DNA of 52,579 nucleotides from Jatrophihabitantaceae bacterium (GTDB lineage: Bacteria > Actinomycetota > Actinomycetes > Mycobacteriales > Jatrophihabitantaceae): assembly GCA_035656595.1 (NCBI GenBank), contig DASRSG010000112.1, forward strand, positions 1 through 52,579, read 5' to 3'. The position numbers and the translations under genes were made by a program. This document shows, piece by piece, positions 44,365 to 52,579 of the stretch. Every line of letters starts with the position of its first letter. The stretch's first letter is position 1. Below the pieces are notes generated by a model. That model was not told where the DNA came from. It made no database searches and saw nothing but the letters and a program-made list of their open reading frames with translations.

Positions 44365-44520
44365 TGCTCTTACTCACGCGACATTTACCGCGACATGACA
44401 CATAACTAACACCTTTTTGTACATCCGTCTTATATCGGACGCAACCGGGGCGCGAAAACGTATTCGAATACTTGCCCGAGAAGTAATGCGCGGCCGCTTA
44501 TCAGTTCGCAAGGTTCCCCT
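44365..44520 (-). promoter_or_regulatory. AT-rich intergenic island upstream of the basic-protein/chaplin genes, containing the 12-bp perfect palindrome GTATTCGAATAC
   Basis: By hand count, 47 G+C in the 100 nt 44381..44480, against much higher-GC flanks. Palindrome at 44460..44471. Several TAnnnT-like hexamers on the minus strand. Confidence 0.5.
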
Positions 44521-44539
44521 TATTCGGTAAGGGAAACGC

Positions 44540-45265
44540 TCAGCTGTTGAACAGGCCGCCAAGACCGCCGATGCCCTCGCGCGGCTGTTCGCTCGGCGAG
44601 GTCGCGGCCACCCACCGGGCGAACGCCTCCGGGTTGCGCGACTGCAACAGCACCCGTCCCGGACCGTAGAAGTCGAACACCCAACCCTCGCCGGACTTCA
44701 TCGACTGGATCGAGCGGCCCTGCGCCGCGCGGCGCATCTGGAAGCGCACGCCGAGGTCGTACGCAACGACATGTCCGGTGTCGACGGTGACCATGTCGTT
44801 GGCCTCGAGATCCATGACGTCGACCGCGCCGTAGATGCTGACCAGCGCCTCGCCCTGACCACTGGCGCGGAAGCCGAAACCACCCTCGCCCCCGAACAGG
44901 TTCGCCATGCCGCCCCACTGCGTATCGATCTCGACACCGTGCGAGTTCGCGATCCAGCTGCCGCGACGCAGGAAGAACGGCCGGTCGGGGGTCACGTCGA
45001 TCGACACGGTGTCGCCCGGCAGCACGCCGGCCACATCGACCCACCCGCCTTGCGCGGGTGCGGTGTAGGTGGTGACGAAGAACGATCCGCCGCCGAGCAT
45101 GCTGCGCTTGAGTCCGGCCATGATGCCGCCCTGCGACTTCGACTCGAGCACCACCCCCGCGCTGTGCGCGATCATCGCGCCGGACTCGACCCGCACCGCC
45201 TCGTTGCCGGCGAGCACGCAGCGCGCGACAGTGAACGACGGATTGTGCCGGAGCTGGACCTGCAT
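44540..45265 (-). CDS. AIM24/TIGR00266 family protein
   Basis: MQVQLRHNPSFTVARCVLAGNEAVRVESGAMIAHS...GGSFFVTTYTA...GEGGFGFRASGQGEALVS is typical of DUF124/AIM24. Strong SD AGGAGG before ATG 45265. Confidence 0.8.
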   Translation of the reverse strand: MQVQLRHNPSFTVARCVLAGNEAVRVESGAMIAHSAGVVLESKSQGGIMAGLKRSMLGGGSFFVTTYTAPAQGGWVDVAGVLPGDTVSIDVTPDRPFFLRRGSWIANSHGVEIDTQWGGMANLFGGEGGFGFRASGQGEALVSIYGAVDVMDLEANDMVTVDTGHVVAYDLGVRFQMRRAAQGRSIQSMKSGEGWVFDFYGPGRVLLQSRNPEAFARWVAATSPSEQPREGIGGLGGLFNS

Positions 45266-45303
45266 GCGAGCCTCCTACGCGGCCGGTGCGATCGGAAGGG
45301 CAC

Positions 45304-47208
45304 CTAGCCTACGGCCAGCCACGCGCCGGCGGCAGCGATCGCACCACCGGTCATGTCCAGGGCCGGTTCGTCGGTCTGCCAGGAACGCACGTCGTCCAGA
45401 TACCTGCTGCCGTGGCCGTCGAACGGGCGGTAGCCGGGCACGGTGCAATGCCGCATACCGTCCTGGAATCCGCCGAGGCCGCCCTCGAACAGGTCGGCAC
45501 TGTTCGGACCGTTCACGACGGCACCCACGTCGAGCGGCGGCGTGCCGTTGAGCGACCCGCTGATGTTCGCGACCTGATGCTGCATGCAGTGCGGGAACCT
45601 CGTACCGATGCCGACCATCAGGCTCACTCCCCACGCATTGGTGCCGAAGAGCCAGTTGCGTTCCTGCGTCGCCAGGTCGTCGAACGTGCTCTTGCCGGTG
45701 AGCTGGTGATACCAGCCGGCCATCGCGATGACACCGAAGGTGTGCGCGTCGACATCGAACTCGTCGACATTGCCGGACGCGAAGAACGGGTCGCTCTTCG
45801 CATGCGTCGCGGCACCGCGCAACTGGCGGGCGAGGTCGGCGAGCAACTGGGTGCCGGTGACGGCCAGGCCCTGCTGGCTGTGGCCGCGCAGCGCACGGAC
45901 GAGGTCGGCATGCGCGAGCGCGCTGTCGTCGTAGAGGTTGAAGGTGTCGCCACGTTCGTGCTGGAAGTACCCGCGCGCCCAGCGCGCAGACTGCGCGAGC
46001 CAGTGCTTGGGCGAGCGGTGCAGCCGCTCGGCGGCGAGGGCGGCCTCGGCGGTGCCGAGTTCCATGTCATCGCGCCAGGTCGACTCGGGATAGAAGTCGT
46101 TGGGCAGCGCGGTGGTCAACGGGGTCGGCGGTGACGCGGTGTCGGCGAGCTTGAGGATGGCGATCGCGTTGCGGTAGTCGCGCGCAGCTCGCTTGCGCGG
46201 GTCTATCTGCGCGGCCAGCGCGAAGGCGGCGGCTACCCGGCCGGCGAGGTTGGGGCTGATCTTGTGGCCGGGCGCAGCAGCTTCGAACACCGGGCGGTGC
46301 GCGGCGGCGACGCGATCGATCGCGGCTTTGTTGTGGTCGTCGTCCTGCGGCAGCCGGAACAGGTCGTGATCGCCGTAGAAACTGCCGCTGGACGTGCCGT
46401 TGCCGGTGCCGACCTGCAGGTAGAGCGTCTTGGTGCTCGGGTGCCACATCTTGTTCAGCCAGTTCAGCCCGAACCGTCCCTCGCGCACGAGCGCGCCCGG
46501 CGCCGACTTGCCCAACTCGCGGGCGGCGGACAGCAGCACGATGTCGGCGAAGGCCGCCGTGTGGGTGAACTTCAGGTAGTCGCCGGCGTCGGCCCACCCG
46601 CCGGACACGTCGACCGGCCCGCGGATCTTGGTGAGCTCCGGATCGGTGATCTCGTCGGTGTCCGGGTCGAAGTGCGGCGTCTTGTAGACCATCGCGCGCG
46701 CGTCGTGCAGGTGCGACGGCTTGCGATGCAGCGAGCCTGGGATCACGTGCTTGCCGTCGCGCTGGACCTGGTCGAACTTAACTCCATCGGCCAGGACGGT
46801 GCGATAGATCGACGCGATCGTGCGCACGCGGACGGTGGCGCTGACCCTTGGCGTGCTGTGCACGACGAGCCGGTAGCTACCGGCCCTGCGCAGCCCGGTG
46901 AAGCTGACCGCGTAGGTGTGCTGGTAGGTGGCATTCCACGATCCGCGGTCGGTGGTGGATACCGAGCCGGTGCGCACGACGTGGCCGTCCTGCTTGATCT
47001 GGAAGCGCGCGCCGCCGGTCGGCCTCGACGTCATGAGGACGGCCTGCTTGGCCGCACCGCGCACGTACCCGGCCTGGTCGATGCGCAGCTTCGCCTTGGC
47101 AGGTGCCTTGGCCGACGCTCGTGCGGGCTCGGCTGCGTGGCCGGGCGCGGCCTGGCCGAGTACCGAGACGAGCACCACCGTGACCAGCGCGCCGGACTGT
47201 CGCAGCAT
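45304..47208 (-). CDS. Secreted glycoside hydrolase family 9 (endoglucanase-like) with N-terminal Ig-like domain
   Basis: GH9 signatures DVSGGWADAGDYLKF and YLDDVRSWQTDEPALDMTGG. Signal peptide ending PGHAAEP. ATG 47208 follows GGGAGTGG; the ORF track start is GTG 47214. Confidence 0.85.
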   Translation of the reverse strand: MLRQSGALVTVVLVSVLGQAAPGHAAEPARASAKAPAKAKLRIDQAGYVRGAAKQAVLMTSRPTGGARFQIKQDGHVVRTGSVSTTDRGSWNATYQHTYAVSFTGLRRAGSYRLVVHSTPRVSATVRVRTIASIYRTVLADGVKFDQVQRDGKHVIPGSLHRKPSHLHDARAMVYKTPHFDPDTDEITDPELTKIRGPVDVSGGWADAGDYLKFTHTAAFADIVLLSAARELGKSAPGALVREGRFGLNWLNKMWHPSTKTLYLQVGTGNGTSSGSFYGDHDLFRLPQDDDHNKAAIDRVAAAHRPVFEAAAPGHKISPNLAGRVAAAFALAAQIDPRKRAARDYRNAIAILKLADTASPPTPLTTALPNDFYPESTWRDDMELGTAEAALAAERLHRSPKHWLAQSARWARGYFQHERGDTFNLYDDSALAHADLVRALRGHSQQGLAVTGTQLLADLARQLRGAATHAKSDPFFASGNVDEFDVDAHTFGVIAMAGWYHQLTGKSTFDDLATQERNWLFGTNAWGVSLMVGIGTRFPHCMQHQVANISGSLNGTPPLDVGAVVNGPNSADLFEGGLGGFQDGMRHCTVPGYRPFDGHGSRYLDDVRSWQTDEPALDMTGGAIAAAGAWLAVG

Positions 47209-47352
47209 GTCCACTCCCGTAGTTAGGAAGCTTTACTTCTATCCGAAACGATCCTTTCACCGAGGTCGGCTCCGGCACAACCTCGCGACCCGCTCGGGCC
47301 GGCCCGTCACTGGTCGGGCGGTCAGGGCGCGGCATTCGGCTGGCCCGTCCGA

Positions 47353-50022
47353 TCAGCCTTTCCCCGCTGGCGGCCGGTTCCGCGCCACTGAACCGGGTGC
47401 GGGCGGGGAAAAGGCGTTCCCGAGGTGGGCGCGCACCTCGGCTGCCTCGGGCAGGCCCATCTCGGTGTAGCGCGCGTAGGCCTGCTGCCACCGTTCCCGC
47501 GCGCCCGCTTGGTCGCCGGCCACCGCGCGCGCCGCGGCCGAGCCGGCCAGCGCGCGAGCCGTGTAGTACGGATCGCCGGTCTGTGCGCTGAGCTCGAGCG
47601 CGGCCTGCAGGTTCTCGGCGGCACCGGCGCCATCGCCGGCGGCCAGCTGCACCTCACCCAGATCGGTCAGTGCGCCCGTCGTGATCTCGACTTCGCCGAG
47701 CTCGCGTCCGACCTCGACTGCCTTGCGCAGCTCTCGGGCCGCCTCGCCGTAGCGCCCCATCGCGCCGAGCGTCGCGCCGATCCCGCGCATCGCGTCGCCC
47801 TCACCGGGGCGGTAACCGATGTCGAGGTAGATCTCCAGCGCCACGCGATGCTCGGTCAGCGACTCGTCGAGCTGGCCCAACCGGCGCCGGGTCGAGCCCA
47901 GGTTGTCGTGCACAACGGCCATCCCGACCCGCGAGTCGAGCCGCCGGTGGATCTCCAGCGAACGCTCGAACCCGGCCAGCGCCTCCTGGTTGCGGCCGAG
48001 GTACATGTGCACGACGCCGAGGTTGTTGGTGGCCCGTCCCTCACCGGCCAGATCGTTCGCCGCGCGCAGCAGCTCGATCGCCCCGCGGTGATGCGACTCG
48101 GCCTCGGCGTAACGGCCGAGCCGGCGGCTGGCGATGCCCAGACCGTAGAGTGCGTTGCCCTCGTCGGACCGGTCGCCGACCTCGCGCTGGATCGCCACCG
48201 CCTCGTGCAATGCGTCGTAGGCCTCCTGGTAGTTGCCCACCCGCCAGCGCACTGTGCCGATGCCGTGCATCGCGCGCCCCTCGCCGCCGCGATCGCCGAC
48301 CTCGCCGAACGCGGTCAGCGCCGCGGTGTGCCTGGCCAGCGCAACATCGAAGCGGCCCTGATCGCGGTCGATCAGCCCGAGGTTGTGCAGCGCCCAACCC
48401 TCCCCGGCCCGATCGGCGAGCTGTACAGCGGTGGCCCTGGCCAGCTCGTGCAGAGCGAGGGCCGCGTCGTAGAACGTCCGGTCGACCAGGTAATCGGCCA
48501 GCAACCGCGATGCCTCGACCGCCGACGAGGCCCGCTCGTCCTGCGCGAGTGCGACGACGTTGCGCCATTGCCTGCGCAGCCAGATCCGCGCGGCCTCCGC
48601 ATCGTCGAATCGCCGCGCCGTCGGCCACGCCGGCCGGTGTGGGTACACCGCGTTGACCGCCGCGGCGCACGTGCCGAGGTAGTACTCGCGCAGCCGGTCC
48701 CGCGCCGCGGCACGCACGTCCGGCGCCAGCTCGCCACCCAGCTCGGCCGCGTAGCCGCGCAGCAGGTCGTGCATGCCGAACCGTCCGGACCGCTGCTCGG
48801 TGATCAGGTGCGCACGGGCGAGCTCGTCGAGGATGCGCGCCGCTGCACCGGACGATGCGCCCGACAGCGCCGCGGCCGCGTGCCGGTCGACGTCACGTCC
48901 CGGATGCAGCCCGAGCAGCGCGAACAGCTCCGCGCCCGGTTCGCTCAGATGCCGGCGCGACCACGAGAACACCGTGCGCACGGCCGTGTACTCGTCATCA
49001 CCGGTGGTCAGGGCATCGAGCCCGCCCGGTTCGTCGTCCAGCTCGCCGTTCAGGTCGGCCAGGCGAAGGGACGGACGGTTGGTGGCCAGCTCGGCCGCGA
49101 TCCGCAATGCCAGGGGTAGTCGCGCGCACCGCTCGGCGAGCCGGGCAGCCGACTCCGGCTCGTCATCGACGCGCGTCCCGACAAGCGTCCGCAGCAGTGC
49201 GATCGCTTCGTCCATGGGCAGCAGATCGAGGTTGACGCGCACCGCGCCGTGGCGGGCCACCAGCCCGCGCATGCTGTCGCGGCTGGTGATCAGCGCGAAG
49301 CAGGACGAGCCGCCCGGCAGCAGATCGCGTACCTGCTCGACCGAGCTGGCATTGTCGAGCAGCACGAGCACCTTCTTGGCTGCGACGACGGTGCGGTAGC
49401 GGGCCGCGCGCTCGGCCAGGTCCTGCGGCACAGCGGCGCCGTCGACACCGAGCGCGCGCAGCATCGCGTCGAGCGCGGCCGATGCGCTGACCGGGCTGGA
49501 CGGGTCGTAGCCGCGCAGGTTCAGGTACAGCTGGCCGCCGGGGAACTTGTCGGCGACCCGGTGCGCCCAGCGCACGGCAAGTGCGGTCTTGCCGACCCCG
49601 GCCGTGCCGCTGATGACCGCGGCCCCGGCCTCGCGCAGCAGCGCGTCGAGCTCGGCCGTCTCGGCGGCACGTCCGGTGAAGGCCGTGACGTCGGCAGGCA
49701 GTTGCCGAGGCACGGCGGCAGTCGGCGGCGCAGGGGGCGGCGGTGCGTTCGAGGCCTCGCGGCCGGCCTGGCTGGCCTCCTTCCAGAGCTGGTGGAACTC
49801 GTCGGCGTCGCCGTTGAGGCCCTCGACGATCAGCTCGAGCAGACCCCAGCGCGGGACGGCCGGCCGCGAGAACGCAGCCGAGATGGTGGTGTGGCTGCAG
49901 CCGATGTCGCGGGCCATGTCGCGCAGGCTGGGCCAGCCCGCCTCGTGGTGCAGCTCGTGCAGGCGCTCGAAAAGCGTGCTGACCGGCCCGTCCGGCACGG
50001 TCGGCCGCGGCAGCGCGCCCAT
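47353..50022 (-). CDS. STAND-type regulator: N-terminal HTH + NB-ARC ATPase + TPR repeats
   Basis: HTH-like LRDMARDIGCSHTTISAAF. Walker A GTAGVGKTALAV, LVLLDNA (Walker B). About 10 TPR-like units in the C-terminal half. Confidence 0.85.
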   Translation of the reverse strand: MGALPRPTVPDGPVSTLFERLHELHHEAGWPSLRDMARDIGCSHTTISAAFSRPAVPRWGLLELIVEGLNGDADEFHQLWKEASQAGREASNAPPPPAPPTAAVPRQLPADVTAFTGRAAETAELDALLREAGAAVISGTAGVGKTALAVRWAHRVADKFPGGQLYLNLRGYDPSSPVSASAALDAMLRALGVDGAAVPQDLAERAARYRTVVAAKKVLVLLDNASSVEQVRDLLPGGSSCFALITSRDSMRGLVARHGAVRVNLDLLPMDEAIALLRTLVGTRVDDEPESAARLAERCARLPLALRIAAELATNRPSLRLADLNGELDDEPGGLDALTTGDDEYTAVRTVFSWSRRHLSEPGAELFALLGLHPGRDVDRHAAAALSGASSGAAARILDELARAHLITEQRSGRFGMHDLLRGYAAELGGELAPDVRAAARDRLREYYLGTCAAAVNAVYPHRPAWPTARRFDDAEAARIWLRRQWRNVVALAQDERASSAVEASRLLADYLVDRTFYDAALALHELARATAVQLADRAGEGWALHNLGLIDRDQGRFDVALARHTAALTAFGEVGDRGGEGRAMHGIGTVRWRVGNYQEAYDALHEAVAIQREVGDRSDEGNALYGLGIASRRLGRYAEAESHHRGAIELLRAANDLAGEGRATNNLGVVHMYLGRNQEALAGFERSLEIHRRLDSRVGMAVVHDNLGSTRRRLGQLDESLTEHRVALEIYLDIGYRPGEGDAMRGIGATLGAMGRYGEAARELRKAVEVGRELGEVEITTGALTDLGEVQLAAGDGAGAAENLQAALELSAQTGDPYYTARALAGSAAARAVAGDQAGARERWQQAYARYTEMGLPEAAEVRAHLGNAFSPPAPGSVARNRPPAGKG

Positions 50023-50105
50023 CGCCGTCTCCCCCCGAAAAACAGCACTGTCCAGCTCTGTACGGAATCGTCAACCGGGGTCAACGGCTGCCGAACATTG
50101 CCGAC

Positions 50106-50939
50106 GTGTCCATCATTCTGGCCCTAATGGCCGCCCTGGGTTACGGAGTCAGCGACTTCACCGGCGGGCTTGCGTCCCGCCGCGTGCGGCCGACCACCGC
50201 GCTGCTGCTCAGCTACCCCGTCGCGACGGTGCTGACTCTGGTCGCGTTGCCGATGGCGCCCGGCACGCTGTCCGGCCATGCTGCCGTGTTCGCCGCGCTC
50301 GCCGGGCTGGCCGGATTGGTCGGCTTCGGCCTGATGTACCGGCTCATGTCGACGGCCCCACTCAACCTTGTCTCGCCGATCACCGGCGTCCTCGCCGCGG
50401 CGACCCCGATCGCGTTCGGCGTGCTCAGCGGCGAGCAGCCAGGGCTCACCGGGTGGTGCGGCATCGGTTTCGGGCTGGTCGCGGTCGCACTGGTCGGCAG
50501 CGCCTCGGACGGCAGTCCGCACGCGCGGCTCAAGGTGCGGGTGCTGCTGCTGGCGCTGGTGTCCGGCGGCGGGTTCGGGCTGTACTTCGTGCTGCTGGCG
50601 CACGCCGGCGCGAACACCGGGCTGTGGCCGCTGATGATCGCGCGGCTGTCAGCGCTGATCGTCATCGTCGCGGTGGCGGCTCGGCCGGGCGTGCTGGCCC
50701 CGGTCTGCCGCAAGACCGCGCTGCTGGCAACTGTGGCCGGGGCGCTCGATGCCGGCGCCGACCTGTGCTTCCTGCTCGCCACCCGTGACGGCTACCTGTC
50801 GCTGGTCAGTGTCATCACCGCGCTCTACCCGGCCTTCACCGTCATGCTGGCGCTATTCGTGCTGCGCGAGCGGGCCGGCCTGCTGTCGCGGCTCGGCCTG
50901 GGGCTGTCCGTCCTGTCCCTCGCGCTGATTGCCGGCTGA
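50106..50939 (+). CDS. EamA/DMT family transporter
   Basis: 10 hydrophobic segments in two halves. N-terminus ALMAALGYGVSDFTGG is typical of EamA domains. Confidence 0.8.
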   Translation: MSIILALMAALGYGVSDFTGGLASRRVRPTTALLLSYPVATVLTLVALPMAPGTLSGHAAVFAALAGLAGLVGFGLMYRLMSTAPLNLVSPITGVLAAATPIAFGVLSGEQPGLTGWCGIGFGLVAVALVGSASDGSPHARLKVRVLLLALVSGGGFGLYFVLLAHAGANTGLWPLMIARLSALIVIVAVAARPGVLAPVCRKTALLATVAGALDAGADLCFLLATRDGYLSLVSVITALYPAFTVMLALFVLRERAGLLSRLGLGLSVLSLALIAG

Positions 50940-52130
50940 CTACTCGAGCGGGCTGCGCGGCAGCAGGCTGTCCGCGATGATCTTCTGCTGGATCTGACTG
51001 GTGCCCTCGAAGATCGTGGTCAGCCGCGCGTCGCGCCAGTAGCGCTCGACCTGCCGTTCGGTGGTGTAGCCGTTGCCGCCGTGCAGCTGCATCGCGTCAT
51101 TGGTGACGTCGACAGCCATCTCGGTCGCGACCAGCTTCACCATCGCTGCTTCCCGTGCGCACGGCTGGCCCTCGTCGAGCAGGAACGCGACCTGCTGGTA
51201 GAAGGCACGCGCCTGATCGACCCGGGCCGCCATCGTGGCGAGCATGAACCGCAGCGCTTGAAAGTCGCCGATCGGGTGGCCGAACTGCTCGCGTTCCTGC
51301 AGGTAGAGCACGCAGTCCTCCACCGCCGCGCGGGCGAGCCCGACCGCGCGCGCCGCGGTGTGCACGCGGGCGATGTTGAGCCACTTCTGCGTGTCGCGGA
51401 AGGCGGCTTCACTCGTGACCCGGTTCGCCTTGGGCACGCGCACACCGTCGAAGGTGAGATCCCAGGTGACGAAGCCGTGGTAGCCGATCTTGTCGATCGG
51501 CTCGCCGGTGAGCCCGGGCGGGAAGGCGTCGCGCTCCTTCTCGAGGATGATCGTGGCCAGGCCGGCCGAAGGCTTGTCGTGCGGCCCGGGTTCCTCGGTA
51601 CGCACGAGCAGTTGGATGAAATCGGCCGCCTTGGCGTTGCCGATCCAGCGCTTGCGTCCGGTGATGATGTAGTCGCTGCCGTCGGATTCGACGGACGTGC
51701 TGACCGCGGCGAGATCCGATCCGGCGTCCGGTTCGGAGAATCCGGCCGCACCGATCCACTCGCCGCGCGCGCTGCGCTGCAGCAGCCGGCGCTGCTTGTC
51801 GGCATCGTCGAAGTCGGTGCCGAGGCCCTGCCCGCGAGCGATGATGCTCGCGACGCTCATCCACGCGCGCGCGAGTTCCTCGGCGATCATCGCGTACTCG
51901 AACACGCCACACCCCATGCCGCCGTACGCGGACGCGATCATGATGCCGAAGTAGCCCTGCGTGCCGAGCGCATCGAGCAGGCTGCGCGGCATCTCGCGCT
52001 TGTGTGGGTCGCATTCGTTGGCGACCGGCAGCACCTCGTCACGTGCAAACCGCCGCGCTTCGACCTGCAACGCGATCCGCTGGTCCGTCCGGTACGGCGG
52101 CGGCAGCTCGGGGACGGGCGGCTTTCTCAC
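50940..52130 (-). CDS. Acyl-CoA dehydrogenase family protein
   Basis: ACAD-like throughout, ending in GGNGYTTERQVERYWRDARLTTIFEGTSQIQQKII. GTG 52130 (VRKPPVPEL). The upstream part of the 513-aa ORF in the track is antisense to the APC permease gene. Confidence 0.85.
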   Translation of the reverse strand: MRKPPVPELPPPYRTDQRIALQVEARRFARDEVLPVANECDPHKREMPRSLLDALGTQGYFGIMIASAYGGMGCGVFEYAMIAEELARAWMSVASIIARGQGLGTDFDDADKQRRLLQRSARGEWIGAAGFSEPDAGSDLAAVSTSVESDGSDYIITGRKRWIGNAKAADFIQLLVRTEEPGPHDKPSAGLATIILEKERDAFPPGLTGEPIDKIGYHGFVTWDLTFDGVRVPKANRVTSEAAFRDTQKWLNIARVHTAARAVGLARAAVEDCVLYLQEREQFGHPIGDFQALRFMLATMAARVDQARAFYQQVAFLLDEGQPCAREAAMVKLVATEMAVDVTNDAMQLHGGNGYTTERQVERYWRDARLTTIFEGTSQIQQKIIADSLLPRSPLE

Positions 52131-52152
52131 GTCGGAAAGGCTAGCCGCCACA

Positions 52153-52215
52153 GCTGTTTTGGTATCGGGTGACCAGATCGGGGCCTCGATTTTGGTTATC
52201 CGATACCAAAACAGC
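52153..52215. repeat. Palindromic element family B, copy 2 (GCTGTTTTGGTATCGG ... CCGATACCAAAACAGC)
   Basis: 16-bp perfect arms at 52153..52168 and 52200..52215. The interior can extend the helix to about 30 pairs only if G-U pairs are allowed in a plus-strand transcript. Confidence 0.85.
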
Positions 52216-52230
52216 GGGAATACCGCATAA

Positions 52231-52579
52231 GTGACGGACGAGAAGGTCACCGACGACGCGCGCGGATTCCACCGCTCGATCGGCCTGTTCTCCGCGACTG
52301 CGATCAACATGACGCAGATGTGCGGCATCGGTCCGTTCATCACGATCCCGCTGATGGTCGCGACGATGGGTGGCCCGCAAGCCATCCTCGGCTGGATCGT
52401 CGGCGCGCTGCTGGCGATCACCGACGGCCTGGTCTGGGCCGAACTCGGCGCGGCCATGCCCGGCGCGGGCGGCACGTACATCTATCTGCGCGAGGCGTTC
52501 CAGTACCGCACCGGCAAGTTGATGCCGTTCCTGTTCGTATGGACGGCCGTGATCAGTATCCCGCTGATCATGTCGACCG
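52231..52579 (+). CDS. APC-superfamily amino acid permease, 3' end outside the window
   Basis: GTG 52231 immediately follows an in-frame TAA. SIGLFSATAINMTQMCGIGPFITIP and WAELGAAMPGAGGTYIYLREAF are canonical APC TM1/TM2 motifs. Confidence 0.8.
   Translation, partial: MTDEKVTDDARGFHRSIGLFSATAINMTQMCGIGPFITIPLMVATMGGPQAILGWIVGALLAITDGLVWAELGAAMPGAGGTYIYLREAFQYRTGKLMPFLFVWTAVISIPLIMST

Noticed and set aside
44374-44562. A 62-aa ORF inside the AT-rich island
   Set aside because: It has no SD, an odd composition, and overlaps the AIM24 stop region. The island is better explained as regulatory DNA. A small protein cannot be excluded without Ribo-seq.

Overview
This is a high-GC (roughly 70% by eye) actinobacterial-type chromosomal segment, densely coding on both strands. 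I can support about 44 protein-coding genes, 2 gene remnants, a few promoter or terminator candidates and three families of structured intergenic repeats. I recognised no rRNA, tRNA, CRISPR array, transposase or integrase. Gene content is mixed. Signalling genes: an APC-like/HAMP/GGDEF/EAL fusion, an ECF sigma/anti-sigma pair, a PAS-GAF-PP2C phosphatase, a STAS protein and an HTH-NB-ARC-TPR regulator. Glycoside hydrolases: GH2, GH92 and GH9. Others: transporters, peptidases, a RecQ-like helicase, and a complete Hen1-Pnkp RNA repair cassette. Best candidates for something new: (1) a co-directional minus-strand locus at 42046..50022. It holds an HTH-NB-ARC-TPR regulator, a secreted GH9, an AIM24 protein, an AT-rich regulatory island, an orphan His/Arg/Val-rich exported protein, and an unusual chaplin-like protein with one degenerate plus seven Cys-pair repeats and an LAxTG sortase signal. 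(2) The hen1-pnkp cassette, insulated upstream by a nested hairpin repeat and flanked by a degenerate-Nudix (DUF4916-like) protein, a membrane NERD protein with an ETR variant motif and a P-loop kinase. (3) Two palindromic repeat families, one of which sits exactly at the truncation point of a decayed MFS gene and again 16 nt upstream of an APC permease start. All domain calls come from motif recognition by eye in the supplied translations; no database searches were run.
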